Notes: generated from the letters alone by a model not told the origin. A stretch of DNA of 31,187 nt from Bergeyella sp. (GCA_041910715.1 JAYRQH010000342.1:1-31187), one strand, 5' to 3'. Positions 8,412 through 18,078 are shown, counted from the stretch's first letter. Numbers and translations: made by a program.

Positions 8412-9758
8412 TTAGAACAAACGTTCGACAAAATCTTCAACTTTGCTTACCTCTTCAATTTTAATTCCGAACTTACGTTTCGGAATCTTATTGAGGTTTG
8501 ACACAAAAATAGATTCATATCCCAACTTTTCAGCTTCCGTAATACGCTGTTCAACTTGCGGCACCGGCCGAATCTCGCCACTCAGGCCAATCTCGCCCGC
8601 AAAACAAAAATGCTCCGAAATTGCTACATCCTGATTACTTGATAAAATAGAAGCTACAACCGCCAAATCCAGTGCTGGGTCATCAGTTTTTATACCGCCC
8701 GTGATATTTAGAAAAACATCTTTAGCACCTAGCTGAAAGCCCGCTCGTTTCTCTAATACAGCAAGAAGCATGTTTAGACGTTTAGCGTCAAATCCTGTAG
8801 AACTGCGCTGCGGAGTTCCGTAAACAGCCGTACTTACCAATGCTTGGATTTCCAAAAGCATGGGGCGATTGCCCTCTAAAGTAACCGCAACCGAATTGCC
8901 AGAGAGTTCTTCAGTTTTTTTGGTGATGAGAATCTGAGATGGATTTTTAATTTCTTTTAAACCTTGTGAAATCATTTCGTAAATGCCAATTTCAGAGGTA
9001 GAGCCGAAACGATTTTTATTCGCTCTTAATAGGCGAAAGAGATGGTTGCGATCGCCATCGAAATTCAGAACCACATCCACCATATGTTCTAAGACTTTGG
9101 GACCAGCAATTTGACCGTCTTTGGTTATATGTCCCACCAAAAATACCGGTGTATTGGTCTCTTTAGCATATTTGATAATCTCACTGGAGCATTCGCGGAT
9201 TTGAGAAACGGAACCTGGCGAACTTTCAATTAAAGACGATTGTAAGGTTTGGATGGAATCTATGATGACAAAATCAGGTTGTAATTTTTTAGCCTCGTGA
9301 ATAATTTTTTCCAATGATGTCTCGGTAAAAAGAAAACATTCCGGATTTTGAGCGTCGGTTAACCGATCGGCTCGCATCTTAATTTGGGATGCACTTTCTT
9401 CACCCGAAACATAAAGAATTTTCTTCTTCATTTTCAAAGCCAATTGAAGCAGTAAAGTTGATTTCCCAATCCCAGGTTCGCCACCAATCAACGTTACCGA
9501 ACCCAAAACAATACCACCGCCTAAAACACGGTTGAGTTCTTCGGAAGGCGTAACAATGCGTGGCTCTTCGTTGGTAACCACTTCAATAATGTTGATGAGT
9601 TGCTGTTTTGATTGATTGTGGGATACTTTGGTATTCGATTTTTCTACAACCTCTTCTACCAGCGTATTCCATTGGTTGCAATTTTTGCATTGCCCATGCC
9701 ATTGCGAATACTGTGCACCACAATTCTGACAGAAATAAACGGTCTTTAACTTTGCCAT
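8412..9758 (-). CDS. radA: DNA repair protein RadA/Sms
   Basis: C4 zinc finger CQNCG...CKNC, Walker A GEPGIGKST, KNRFG motif and Lon-like C-terminus. Confidence 0.97.
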   Translation of the reverse strand: MAKLKTVYFCQNCGAQYSQWHGQCKNCNQWNTLVEEVVEKSNTKVSHNQSKQQLINIIEVVTNEEPRIVTPSEELNRVLGGGIVLGSVTLIGGEPGIGKSTLLLQLALKMKKKILYVSGEESASQIKMRADRLTDAQNPECFLFTETSLEKIIHEAKKLQPDFVIIDSIQTLQSSLIESSPGSVSQIRECSSEIIKYAKETNTPVFLVGHITKDGQIAGPKVLEHMVDVVLNFDGDRNHLFRLLRANKNRFGSTSEIGIYEMISQGLKEIKNPSQILITKKTEELSGNSVAVTLEGNRPMLLEIQALVSTAVYGTPQRSSTGFDAKRLNMLLAVLEKRAGFQLGAKDVFLNITGGIKTDDPALDLAVVASILSSNQDVAISEHFCFAGEIGLSGEIRPVPQVEQRITEAEKLGYESIFVSNLNKIPKRKFGIKIEEVSKVEDFVERLF

Positions 9759-9800
9759 ACTGTAAAAATACGAATTTGAGTTGAAGTTATTCCAGCCTCG

Positions 9801-11552
9801 TTACGAGTTGGCATCAATACGGTTGCGCAGCTGCGCTTTATACAAATTAGAATAATAGCCTTCTTGAAGTAGCAAGTCGCTATGCTTGCCCGTTTCCACA
9901 ATCTTTCCTTGATCCATCACAATAATGCGGTCTGCCTTTTCTATGGTTGATAAACGGTGCGCAATAACAATCGCTGTTCTGTTTTGTGTAATTTTTTCTG
10001 TTGCTCGCTGAATTAATTTTTCACTTTCGTGGTCGATAGACGAGGTTGCTTCATCTAAAATTAAAATCTTCGGATCTGAAAGGTAGGCGCGTAAAAAAGA
10101 CAATAACTGACGTTGACCTAACGAAATTGAGGAACCACGTTCGCTTACCACATAATCATAACCTCCAGGAAGTTGATTAATAAACGCGTCAACTTCAATT
10201 TCTTTCGCCGCTCGCTGTACTTGCTCTAAAGTAATGGAATCGTCACCAAACGAAAGATTTTCGAAAATACTTCCGTGAAAAAGAAACACATCCTGCAAAA
10301 CCACGCCAATATGACTTCGTAAGTTATACAATTCGTAATCTTGAACTTCGATATCGTCGATTAAAATTTTTCCTGAATTAATCTCATACAAACGCGGAAT
10401 CAAACTAATAATCGTTGATTTTCCCGCTCCGGTAGCGCCTACAATGGCCACCAATTCGCCTGGCTGCACCACAAAATCAATACCTTTAAGAACTTCCTGC
10501 TTTTCATCGTACGAAAAATGCACATCCTGAAACTGAATTTTCCCCGCAAAATGATCTTTGGTAATAGTTCCCTTATTTGGCATAACAATATCTTGATCCA
10601 TAATTCCGAGAACCCGCTCTGCACCGACAATTCCACGTTGTATATTGTTAAAACGATCCGCTATCTGACGTAACGGTCGAATGAGCATAGTAATGAACTG
10701 AATAAAGGCAATAACTTCGCCTGCCGTTATTTTGATAAAACCTCCGTACACCAAAATAAAACCGATAAATAGTGAGGAAATTAATTCAACAACGGGGAAA
10801 AACAAGGAGAAAATAAAAACCGTGCGTAGTAGAGCACCCTTCAAAGTGATGTTGATATCATCAAACTTCTTGAATTCTGCCTCTTGACGATTAAAAACTT
10901 GGATTAAAGACATCCCAGCCAAACGTTCTTGAACAAATGTATTCTGAATGGCCGTCCAGCTTCTCTCGTCACCAAATGCTTTTTTTAATCTTTTCTGAAA
11001 AAATCGAGTAATGATGAGCATCAAGGGTAAAATAGCGAGCGAGATGTAACTTAAATGAACGTTCACCGCAAACATCATCACCAAGACGAAAACGATACGC
11101 AAAATATCGCCGAAAACCATTAAAAATCCATCAGTATAGACCGTAGCAATTGTTTCGACATCGCCAACAGCACGCGTAACCAATTGGCCAATAGGCGTTT
11201 TATCAAAAAAAGAAGTTTTAAAATAGATTAACTTTTTAAAGAGTCGTTCTCGAATATCCCGAATGGCATTTTGTGAAATAAAGTTGGAAAAATAAACTAG
11301 AAAGAAGTTCAGGATCGTTTCGGCAAACACCAACGCAACAAATAGGTAGATGTGTTTTACCATCTGTTCTTTATCTTTGAGCTTGATGATATCCACATCC
11401 ACAATCTCCATACTCAGGTAAGGACGATACGTGGAAACTGCCGAAAGCGCAATAGAAATCAACAAGGCGCCGATAAACCAGCCTTTAAATTTCATTCCGA
11501 TTCCGAAAAGTCTTCGAATAATCTCCCAAGTACTATGTGTTTTACTACTCAT
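9801..11552 (-). CDS. ABC exporter half-transporter (TMD plus NBD, MdlB/MsbA-like)
   Basis: N-terminal TM helices, Walker A GATGAGKST, signature ISLGQRQ, Walker B ILILDE and H-loop IAHRL. Confidence 0.93.
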   Translation of the reverse strand: MSSKTHSTWEIIRRLFGIGMKFKGWFIGALLISIALSAVSTYRPYLSMEIVDVDIIKLKDKEQMVKHIYLFVALVFAETILNFFLVYFSNFISQNAIRDIRERLFKKLIYFKTSFFDKTPIGQLVTRAVGDVETIATVYTDGFLMVFGDILRIVFVLVMMFAVNVHLSYISLAILPLMLIITRFFQKRLKKAFGDERSWTAIQNTFVQERLAGMSLIQVFNRQEAEFKKFDDINITLKGALLRTVFIFSLFFPVVELISSLFIGFILVYGGFIKITAGEVIAFIQFITMLIRPLRQIADRFNNIQRGIVGAERVLGIMDQDIVMPNKGTITKDHFAGKIQFQDVHFSYDEKQEVLKGIDFVVQPGELVAIVGATGAGKSTIISLIPRLYEINSGKILIDDIEVQDYELYNLRSHIGVVLQDVFLFHGSIFENLSFGDDSITLEQVQRAAKEIEVDAFINQLPGGYDYVVSERGSSISLGQRQLLSFLRAYLSDPKILILDEATSSIDHESEKLIQRATEKITQNRTAIVIAHRLSTIEKADRIIVMDQGKIVETGKHSDLLLQEGYYSNLYKAQLRNRIDANS

Positions 11553-11567
11553 ACCGTGACTTTCAGT

Positions 11568-12308
11568 CTATTTATTTACAAAATTATATCCAACATCTAC
11601 CAAATAGAGTCCGTGAGCGGGCGCGGAAGTTCCCGCCGCATTTCGGTTCTGATTTTGGATCACTTGATGCATTTCCTCCGGTTTCATTTTTCCTGCTCCA
11701 ATTTCGACCAACGTTCCGACAATCGCGCGAACCATATTACGCAAAAAACGATTTGCGGAAATAGTGAATTTCAGCATGGGCCCATCTTGCGTCCACTCAG
11801 CCTGATAGATCTCACAAAAGTTGGTTTTGTTATCGCCGCCCACCTTTGCAAAACTGCTAAAATCCTCATATTCAAAAAGAATTTTACACGCGTCATTCAT
11901 TTTATCAACGTCCAATGTACGTTTTCGCATTTGCCAGGCAAATTCGGCGCTGAATGGATCTTTACCTTGATAAATAAAATACTGATACGTTCGATACGTC
12001 GCATCAAAACGGGCATGAAAGCAATCGTCAACAGGAAAAATACGATGGATACTGATATCTTCCGGCAAGAACGAATTCAATCGATCGGATAATTCAGGTT
12101 TAATTTCTTGTTCTGTATCAAAATGCGCAAAAATTTTCTTTGCATGAACACCCGTATCGGTACGCCCTGCTCCAGTAGTTTTCACTTCTTCGCGAAGGAT
12201 GGTGGAAAGAGCCTTTTCCAAAACCTCCTGAACGGAGATCTGATTGGGCTGAATCTGATATCCAAAATACTTCTTTCCGTTGTATGAAAACTCAATAAAA
12301 TAGCGCAA
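11568..12308 (-). CDS. truA: tRNA pseudouridine(38-40) synthase TruA
   Basis: YNGKKYFGYQIQPN, catalytic GRTDTGVHA, FLRNMVRAIVG. TTG start. Confidence 0.96.
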   Translation of the reverse strand: MRYFIEFSYNGKKYFGYQIQPNQISVQEVLEKALSTILREEVKTTGAGRTDTGVHAKKIFAHFDTEQEIKPELSDRLNSFLPEDISIHRIFPVDDCFHARFDATYRTYQYFIYQGKDPFSAEFAWQMRKRTLDVDKMNDACKILFEYEDFSSFAKVGGDNKTNFCEIYQAEWTQDGPMLKFTISANRFLRNMVRAIVGTLVEIGAGKMKPEEMHQVIQNQNRNAAGTSAPAHGLYLVDVGYNFVNK

Positions 12309-12330
12309 CTTTTTCCAATTTTTCCAATTG

Positions 12331-12386
12331 CAAATATAGTTTAATTCGCTGTAACCCTAGATATTCGAAAAAAGTAAATATTTTTG
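12331..12386. promoter_or_regulatory. Divergent -7 elements: TATATTTG (minus, 12331..12338, truA) and TATTTTTG (plus, 12379..12386, M64 operon)
   Basis: Both match TAnnTTTG at plausible distances from the start codons. Confidence 0.6.
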
Positions 12387-12400
12387 CAAAAAGCCTTTCT

Positions 12401-13675
12401 ATGAAATTGTTTCTTACGTTACTTTTAAGCCTCTCCATAGTTTCGATATCCGCGCAAAAATTTTCGGAATATTTTGAAGATAAAACCCTTCGCTTGGACT
12501 ATATCTTTGGTGGGAACAACGAAACGCAACACGTATATCTTAGCGAACTCATCCAAATGGACGGCTGGCACGGGCGAAAAGGTCAACTGAGCAAAACACC
12601 GATTCAAGGAAATGGACAAGTGAAAGTTTATGACGTGGCCAGTGGCAAGCTAATCTATAACCTTCCTTTCAGTAGCCTGTTTCAGGAATGGCAAACTCAG
12701 GAAGAAGCAAAAACACTTTCAAAAAGTTTTGAAAATACCTTTCTGGTTCCCTTTCCAAAAAATGAGGCGAAAATTCAAATTTCTTTCTTTACTAAAAAAA
12801 ATGAAGAAAAAGTACTGCTCACCCATGTGGTAAAACCTCAAGATATCCTAATTCGAAAAGCAAAAATTAATGAAACGCCTTTTGAGGTTTTGAGTAAAGC
12901 GTCTGTAGCTAATCCCATCAAGGTAGCCATTGTTGCCGAAGGCTATCAAGCGGCAGAGATGGATCAATTTATGAAGTACGCTAGAGAGACGGTAAAAAGT
13001 TTGTTCAATCACGCCATATTCAAAAAATACGCATCCAGTTTTGAGATTACAGCCATCAAAACGCCTTCTAAAGATTCCGGAGTTTCGCAACCGTCTGATA
13101 ACAATTGGAAATCCACTGCTGTTCACTCTAATTTCGACACGTTCTATTCCAAACGCTATTTGACGACCACCCATCTCAAGCAGCTCCATAATTGGCTAGA
13201 AAATATGCCATACCAGCACATCATCATCCTTGCAAATACGGATATATACGGTGGCGGCGGAATTTTAAACTCCTATACCTTAACGACGACGAAAAATAAA
13301 GAATTTGCACCTGTCGTGGTACATGAATTCGGCCATAGTTTTGGAGGCTTAGGAGATGAATATTTTTATCCAAACGATATTTTTGATCCTTCGGGAGATC
13401 AACAGGTAGAACCTTGGGAGAAAAATGTGACCTCATTGGCTAATTTTAAAAGTAAGTGGCAAAAACTCGTTAAGCCCAACACACCTATTCCAACGTCGAT
13501 TGCAGATAGCAAAAAATATAAAATTGGTGCTTACGAAGGTTTGGAAGGCAATAAGCTCTACATTCCTACGCTAACTTGCCGAATGAAAATTAATAATACG
13601 CCCGATTTTTGTCCAGTCTGCAGCAATGCTTTGGAGGAAATGATTTTGTTTTACACCTCAAAAGAAGAGCGCTAG
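12401..13675 (+). CDS. M64 family metallopeptidase (IgA-peptidase-like)
   Basis: Signal peptide, TLRLDYIFGG N-domain, IVAEGY, HEFGHSFGGLGDEY zinc motif and C-terminal CRMK...FCPVC. Confidence 0.9.
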   Translation: MKLFLTLLLSLSIVSISAQKFSEYFEDKTLRLDYIFGGNNETQHVYLSELIQMDGWHGRKGQLSKTPIQGNGQVKVYDVASGKLIYNLPFSSLFQEWQTQEEAKTLSKSFENTFLVPFPKNEAKIQISFFTKKNEEKVLLTHVVKPQDILIRKAKINETPFEVLSKASVANPIKVAIVAEGYQAAEMDQFMKYARETVKSLFNHAIFKKYASSFEITAIKTPSKDSGVSQPSDNNWKSTAVHSNFDTFYSKRYLTTTHLKQLHNWLENMPYQHIIILANTDIYGGGGILNSYTLTTTKNKEFAPVVVHEFGHSFGGLGDEYFYPNDIFDPSGDQQVEPWEKNVTSLANFKSKWQKLVKPNTPIPTSIADSKKYKIGAYEGLEGNKLYIPTLTCRMKINNTPDFCPVCSNALEEMILFYTSKEER

Positions 13676-14170
13676 ATGACCAAGATTTTGCTTTTATCTG
13701 ATACGCATTCCTACTTGGACGATCGTATTTTAGACTACGCTAAAGAAGCCGACGAAATTTGGCATGCTGGCGATTTTGGAAGTTTGGATTTGATTAAAAA
13801 ATTAGAGGAGATAAAACCATTGAAAGGGGTTTACGGAAATATCGACGATCCTATAATTCAAAAAGAATTTCCCGAGGTGAATCGTTTTAGTTGCGAAGGT
13901 GTTGAAGTTTTGATGATCCATATTGGTGGTTACCCCGGAAAATATACAGCTTTAGCCAAAAAAGAGATTTCAGAAAAAAAAACCGATTTATTTATTTCTG
14001 GACATTCCCACATTCTTAAGGTGATGTTTGACGAAAAAAATAATTTGCTGCATATGAATCCTGGCGCTTGCGGAAATCAAGGATGGCATCAAATGAAAAC
14101 CATGCTGAGATTTGTGATCGACGGAAAAGAAATTAAAGATTTAGAAGTGATCGAACTCGGAAAACGATAA
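13676..14170 (+). CDS. Metallophosphoesterase (YfcE/MJ0936/Vps29-like)
   Basis: Motifs SDTH, HAGD, GNID, GHSH and NPG. The ATG directly follows the M64 stop. Confidence 0.9.
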   Translation: MTKILLLSDTHSYLDDRILDYAKEADEIWHAGDFGSLDLIKKLEEIKPLKGVYGNIDDPIIQKEFPEVNRFSCEGVEVLMIHIGGYPGKYTALAKKEISEKKTDLFISGHSHILKVMFDEKNNLLHMNPGACGNQGWHQMKTMLRFVIDGKEIKDLEVIELGKR

Positions 14171-14176
14171 AGTGAT

Positions 14177-14674
14177 ATGATGAAAATAGGTGATTTAATT
14201 GCAGTAATTGACGAGGATTTAGAAGGAACGATTACCTCCGTGCAAGAAAACATGATTTGTTTTCAGGATGAGCACGGCTTCAATTATCAATATCCGCAAG
14301 AAAAAGTGGTACTTCGCGAAAAAGAACTTTACGAAGGCATAAAAATTAAAAACAAGTTTGAGTATACGCCGCCAAAGTCCAAGAAAAATAAAAAAAATGA
14401 ACTTGTCCTCGATCTTCATTTTGAAAAAATTGCGCCCAGTACTCAAAATTACGACAGTTTCGAGCGTCTGTTCCTTCAAAAGGAAAAACTTTTGAAAATG
14501 CTTGATTTCTGCCGAGAGAATAAAATTAAAAGACTGGAAATCATCCACGGTATTGGGGACGGAACGCTTCAGCAACTGGTGTGGAGAACGCTGGAATCGC
14601 AGGTAAACATTGATTTTTATAACAAAGAAATACTCCACGAGCAGGCCGGTTCTGTTCTAGTAGAATTTCACTAA
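14177..14674 (+). CDS. Smr-domain protein with an N-terminal KOW/SH3-like module
   Basis: C-terminal LDLH and IIHGIGDGTL Smr motifs. N-terminus MKIGDLIAVIDEDLEGTITSV resembles a KOW motif. Confidence 0.8.
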   Translation: MMKIGDLIAVIDEDLEGTITSVQENMICFQDEHGFNYQYPQEKVVLREKELYEGIKIKNKFEYTPPKSKKNKKNELVLDLHFEKIAPSTQNYDSFERLFLQKEKLLKMLDFCRENKIKRLEIIHGIGDGTLQQLVWRTLESQVNIDFYNKEILHEQAGSVLVEFH

Positions 14675-14691
14675 ATTTGTCCCTATTGATT

Positions 14692-15408
14692 ATGAATAAG
14701 CTTTTACTACTTTTTACTCAAGACGGACTGCAATACCACCTAAACCAAGGCAGAAACACCATTGAAGAAGGTGCATTTTTTGTTACAGAGGAAACTCCAG
14801 CGCACTATATTGAGCAAACCTTAACGCAACTACTATCGGAGAAATCCTATGGAGAAATTCACATCATATCGGCAATCAACCATTTTACCATGATGCCTGC
14901 TGGCTTTTCGGAACATGATATGGGTTACGACCTGATTAACTACAATGCGGGTGTAGATAAAACTAAGGAAGAACTGATGCTGTCGGTAAATAAAAAATAC
15001 GATGTACAGTTTTATTACGCTTTTCCTAAAGAGTTCTACTCGCAAATTAAGAGCCAAAACAAACCGACGTTTTTCAATTTTTCAGGCGAGAAATTCTTGA
15101 ACAGTCTGCATGCTAAAAACGGAAAAGAAATCCACATCAATTTGTATCATAATCAATGTGAATTTTTTGCAATCGATCGTAAGAAAGTGATTCTATACAA
15201 CAATTTGGATGTTAATTCGGAGGTCGATTTCCTCTATTTCATCATGTTTACGTTGAGTAAAATTGGATTTCCAATTAAAGAAACTACTTTTTACGTTTAT
15301 GGTGAAACTACCGAAAACGAAACTTTTATCTCTGAACTACGAAAATTTGTTAAAAACTTAAAAATTAGTTTTGACAATATTCCAAACAAAAATTTCATTT
15401 TATCCTAA
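14692..15408 (+). CDS. DUF3822 family protein
   Basis: Size, the C-terminal YNNLDVNSEVDFLYFIMFTL pattern and the position upstream of rsmD match Bacteroidota DUF3822. Start set to ATG 14692, after TAAATTTG at 14672..14679. Confidence 0.72.
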   Translation: MNKLLLLFTQDGLQYHLNQGRNTIEEGAFFVTEETPAHYIEQTLTQLLSEKSYGEIHIISAINHFTMMPAGFSEHDMGYDLINYNAGVDKTKEELMLSVNKKYDVQFYYAFPKEFYSQIKSQNKPTFFNFSGEKFLNSLHAKNGKEIHINLYHNQCEFFAIDRKKVILYNNLDVNSEVDFLYFIMFTLSKIGFPIKETTFYVYGETTENETFISELRKFVKNLKISFDNIPNKNFILS

Positions 15409-15418
15409 TAACAAGCCT

Positions 15419-16003
15419 ATGTACAGAATTATTTCCGGAAGATGGAAGGCAAAAAAAATAGCAGCTCCTAAGAATTTTGATGTTCGCCCAACAACCGATT
15501 TTGCGAAGGAAGCCCTTTTCAGCATTATCGAAAACAAATACGATTTGGAGTTCTGCTCGGTATTGGATTTGTTCTGCGGTATTGGTTCTATTTCTTTGGA
15601 ATTCGCTTCCCGTGATTGTCAAGATGTAACTTCGGTGGATCTTAACCCAAAACATACCGCTTTTGTACACGCGACTGCTGCGGAGTTGGATATGGCTTTG
15701 CAAGTGAATGTGCAACGTGGCGATGTGTATGATTGGTTAAAGAAAAATCGTAAGCGAAAACAATACGACATCATTTTTGCCGATGCACCTTTTGATATTA
15801 CGGATGAAAAGAAATATGCAGAATTGATATCGTTGGTTCTAAACAACAACTATTTGAAGCCTAACGGCGTTTTTATTTTGGAACATCAAACGCGCTTGAA
15901 ATTGGAACATCCACAAATTTCGTCAACACGAAAGTACGGCAATATTAGTTTCAGCTTTTTTAATCCGATAGAAACCGACGAAAACTTAGAAAACAACGAA
16001 TAA
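15419..16003 (+). CDS. rsmD: 16S rRNA m2G966 methyltransferase RsmD
   Basis: MYRIISGRWK, RPTTDFAKEALF, SAM motif VLDLFCGIGSISLE and IIFADAPF. ATG 15419 is preferred to TTG 15371. Confidence 0.9.
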   Translation: MYRIISGRWKAKKIAAPKNFDVRPTTDFAKEALFSIIENKYDLEFCSVLDLFCGIGSISLEFASRDCQDVTSVDLNPKHTAFVHATAAELDMALQVNVQRGDVYDWLKKNRKRKQYDIIFADAPFDITDEKKYAELISLVLNNNYLKPNGVFILEHQTRLKLEHPQISSTRKYGNISFSFFNPIETDENLENNE

Positions 16004-16020
16004 AAGAAGTTTTTAGCGTC

Positions 16021-16851
16021 TTACAAAACTTTCAGCTCTAAATCAATGGTTTTTCCAAAGAACTTTTTCGAAATTTTTTCGAAATTTTTGGTAATGTCTG
16101 AGAGGAAAAATTTATAGCTTGGATTGGGATTTTGTTCATTCAGCAAATGATGTTTTTCCAAGATCATTTTTAACTGATTGGCCACGATATTTGGGGAGTC
16201 GATCACCCGAACACGATTGCCGTAATACTGCTTGATCTCGTCTAAAAGCAAAGGATAATGGGTGCACCCTAAAATCAAAGTTTCAATATTTTTCAATTTT
16301 TGGTTGCTCAAATAATTGTAAATAATGGAATGCGTGATTGGGTGATTTTTAAAACCTTCCTCAATCGCAGGCACCAACAATGGAGTTGCCAACTCATCCA
16401 CCTTTATAAAGCGGTTGTGCTTGCGTATGGATTTCTTGTACAGCCCCGAATTTACGGTTGCCTTGGTGGCAATAACGCCCACATTGGTATGCAATTCGTA
16501 TGCGACCTTCTCGGCGACCGGATTAATAACATCAATTACTGGAACTTGTGCGTTCACCATTTCCAACACTTCTTTCAACGCATTTGCTGTTGCCGTATTG
16601 CAGGCAATTACGATGGCTTTACACTTGTTCTCCAGAAGGAAATTGGTGATTTTTGTAGAGTATTCAATAATCGCGTCTTTCGACTTTTCTCCGTACGGAA
16701 GGTGTTTGGTATCACCAAAATAAATTAGATTTTCGTTGGGGAGTAATCGTTTTATTTCTTTCGCTACGGTAAGTCCTCCCACACCAGAATCAAAAATTCC
16801 AATAGGTTGTGATGCGTCCAAATGCGAATAATCTACCTTTTTCTTTTTCAA
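16021..16851 (-). CDS. murI: Glutamate racemase
   Basis: IGIFDSGVGG, IACNTAT and LGCTHYP motifs. Likely TTG start at 16851, because the longer ORF-track start runs through the TATTTTTG promoter at 16871..16878. Confidence 0.95.
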   Translation of the reverse strand: MKKKKVDYSHLDASQPIGIFDSGVGGLTVAKEIKRLLPNENLIYFGDTKHLPYGEKSKDAIIEYSTKITNFLLENKCKAIVIACNTATANALKEVLEMVNAQVPVIDVINPVAEKVAYELHTNVGVIATKATVNSGLYKKSIRKHNRFIKVDELATPLLVPAIEEGFKNHPITHSIIYNYLSNQKLKNIETLILGCTHYPLLLDEIKQYYGNRVRVIDSPNIVANQLKMILEKHHLLNEQNPNPSYKFFLSDITKNFEKISKKFFGKTIDLELKVL

Positions 16852-16907
16852 AATGAGTTGAATTGTCGTGCAAAAATACACAATTTACGTATTGTGATTT
16901 ATACGGA

Positions 16908-18032
16908 TTACAGAATAAATAAATCCGAAGCAATACCATCGGCAAAGAACCAGTCTTTTTCTGGAATTTTAAGGTATCCGTTTTCCAAAATTAAGTTGCC
17001 TTTTTCAATTTGTTGGACAATGGTTTTCTGGTAGTGTGCTTCAATCTCATCATTCATTTCAGATTTTAAGTTGGAAAGATGGACTCCTTTTGCGGTTCGT
17101 AAACCAATCATCAACCGCTCATTATATTGGTCTTTTGGTGATAAAATTTCCCGCTCAATCGAAAGTTCTTTTTCTTGCAATGTTTTCAGGTACTTCGCAT
17201 TATTGGCTACGTTCCAAGATCGTGTATTTTTACCATCATACGAATGTGCTGACGGGCCCAAACCTAAATAGGGATGAGATTCCCAATACGCAGAATTGTG
17301 CTTGGAATGAAAGCCTGGTTTTCCAAAATTGGAAATTTCATAATGATCAAAGCCAAAATCCTTTAGAAAATCGATCATGTAATAGAATTCTTTGTTTTGT
17401 TCGGCTTCTTTCGGCGCCTGAATCTCACCTTTTTGAATCCAATTTTCGAGTACAGTTTTAGGCTCAACGGTTAACGCATAACTGGAAATGTGCGGAACTT
17501 GAAGTTCAATCGTTTTCTGAAGGTTTTGCTTCCAAACTTCAAAATCTGAAGTGGGCGAACCGTAAATCAAATCAATACTGATGTTTTCAATGCCGGCATC
17601 TTGTGCTCTTTTAATAGAAGATTCTGCCTGTTGCGCGTGGTGAGCGCGGTTCATCATTTTAAGATCTCGATTATCAAAACTTTGGGTTCCAATAGATAGC
17701 CTGTTGATTCCAGCGTTGCGTATTGCTTTCAAAAATTGAGCATCCAAATCATCTGGATTGGCTTCTAATGTTATTTCTGTAGGTTCTGAAATCGTATAGA
17801 AGCGGGAAACAGCTTCCATTAATCGTGCGATTTCGTCTGGTGCTAAAATGGATGGTGTGCCACCACCGAAATAGACAGAAGGCAATTGCGAAATTTCCAA
17901 CGCGGTGTGCCTCATTTGAAGTTCTTGAGCAATGGCCTTCAACATTTCGTTTTTATTTGCCAAAGAAGTGGAAAAATGGAAATTGCAATACGTACATTTT
18001 TGTTTGCAAAAAGGAATATGGAAATAAATCAT
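16908..18032 (-). CDS. hemW: Radical SAM heme chaperone HemW
   Basis: YFHIPFCKQKCTYCNF (CxxxCxxC), YFGGGTPS, YEISNF and HNSAYW. Start at ATG 18032. Confidence 0.9.
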   Translation of the reverse strand: MIYFHIPFCKQKCTYCNFHFSTSLANKNEMLKAIAQELQMRHTALEISQLPSVYFGGGTPSILAPDEIARLMEAVSRFYTISEPTEITLEANPDDLDAQFLKAIRNAGINRLSIGTQSFDNRDLKMMNRAHHAQQAESSIKRAQDAGIENISIDLIYGSPTSDFEVWKQNLQKTIELQVPHISSYALTVEPKTVLENWIQKGEIQAPKEAEQNKEFYYMIDFLKDFGFDHYEISNFGKPGFHSKHNSAYWESHPYLGLGPSAHSYDGKNTRSWNVANNAKYLKTLQEKELSIEREILSPKDQYNERLMIGLRTAKGVHLSNLKSEMNDEIEAHYQKTIVQQIEKGNLILENGYLKIPEKDWFFADGIASDLFIL

Positions 18033-18063
18033 AAAAAAATGCCCTTCTGAGGGCACAAATGTA
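18033..18063 (-). terminator. Intrinsic terminator (TGCCCT-CAGA-AGGGCA-T7) overlapping the hemW -7 element TACATTTG
   Basis: Hairpin at 18040..18055, U7 at 18033..18039 abutting the hemW ATG, and TAnnTTTG at 18056..18063. Confidence 0.7.
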
Positions 18064-18078
18064 TAAATTTTCTATCCG

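Noticed and set aside
11352-12092. 246-aa plus-strand ORF
   Set aside because: It lies antisense to truA and the ABC gene and has no recognisable motif. Best explained as a shadow ORF.
12310-12328. TTTTTCCAA duplicated in the truA leader
   Set aside because: Two copies of a low-complexity 9-mer is too weak to call an operator.
14219-17461. Other 100-142 aa alternative-frame ORFs (14219..14638, 15395..15715, 16300..16728, 16415..16723, 17036..17461)
   Set aside because: All lie within and antisense to well-supported genes, with no independent start signals or motifs.
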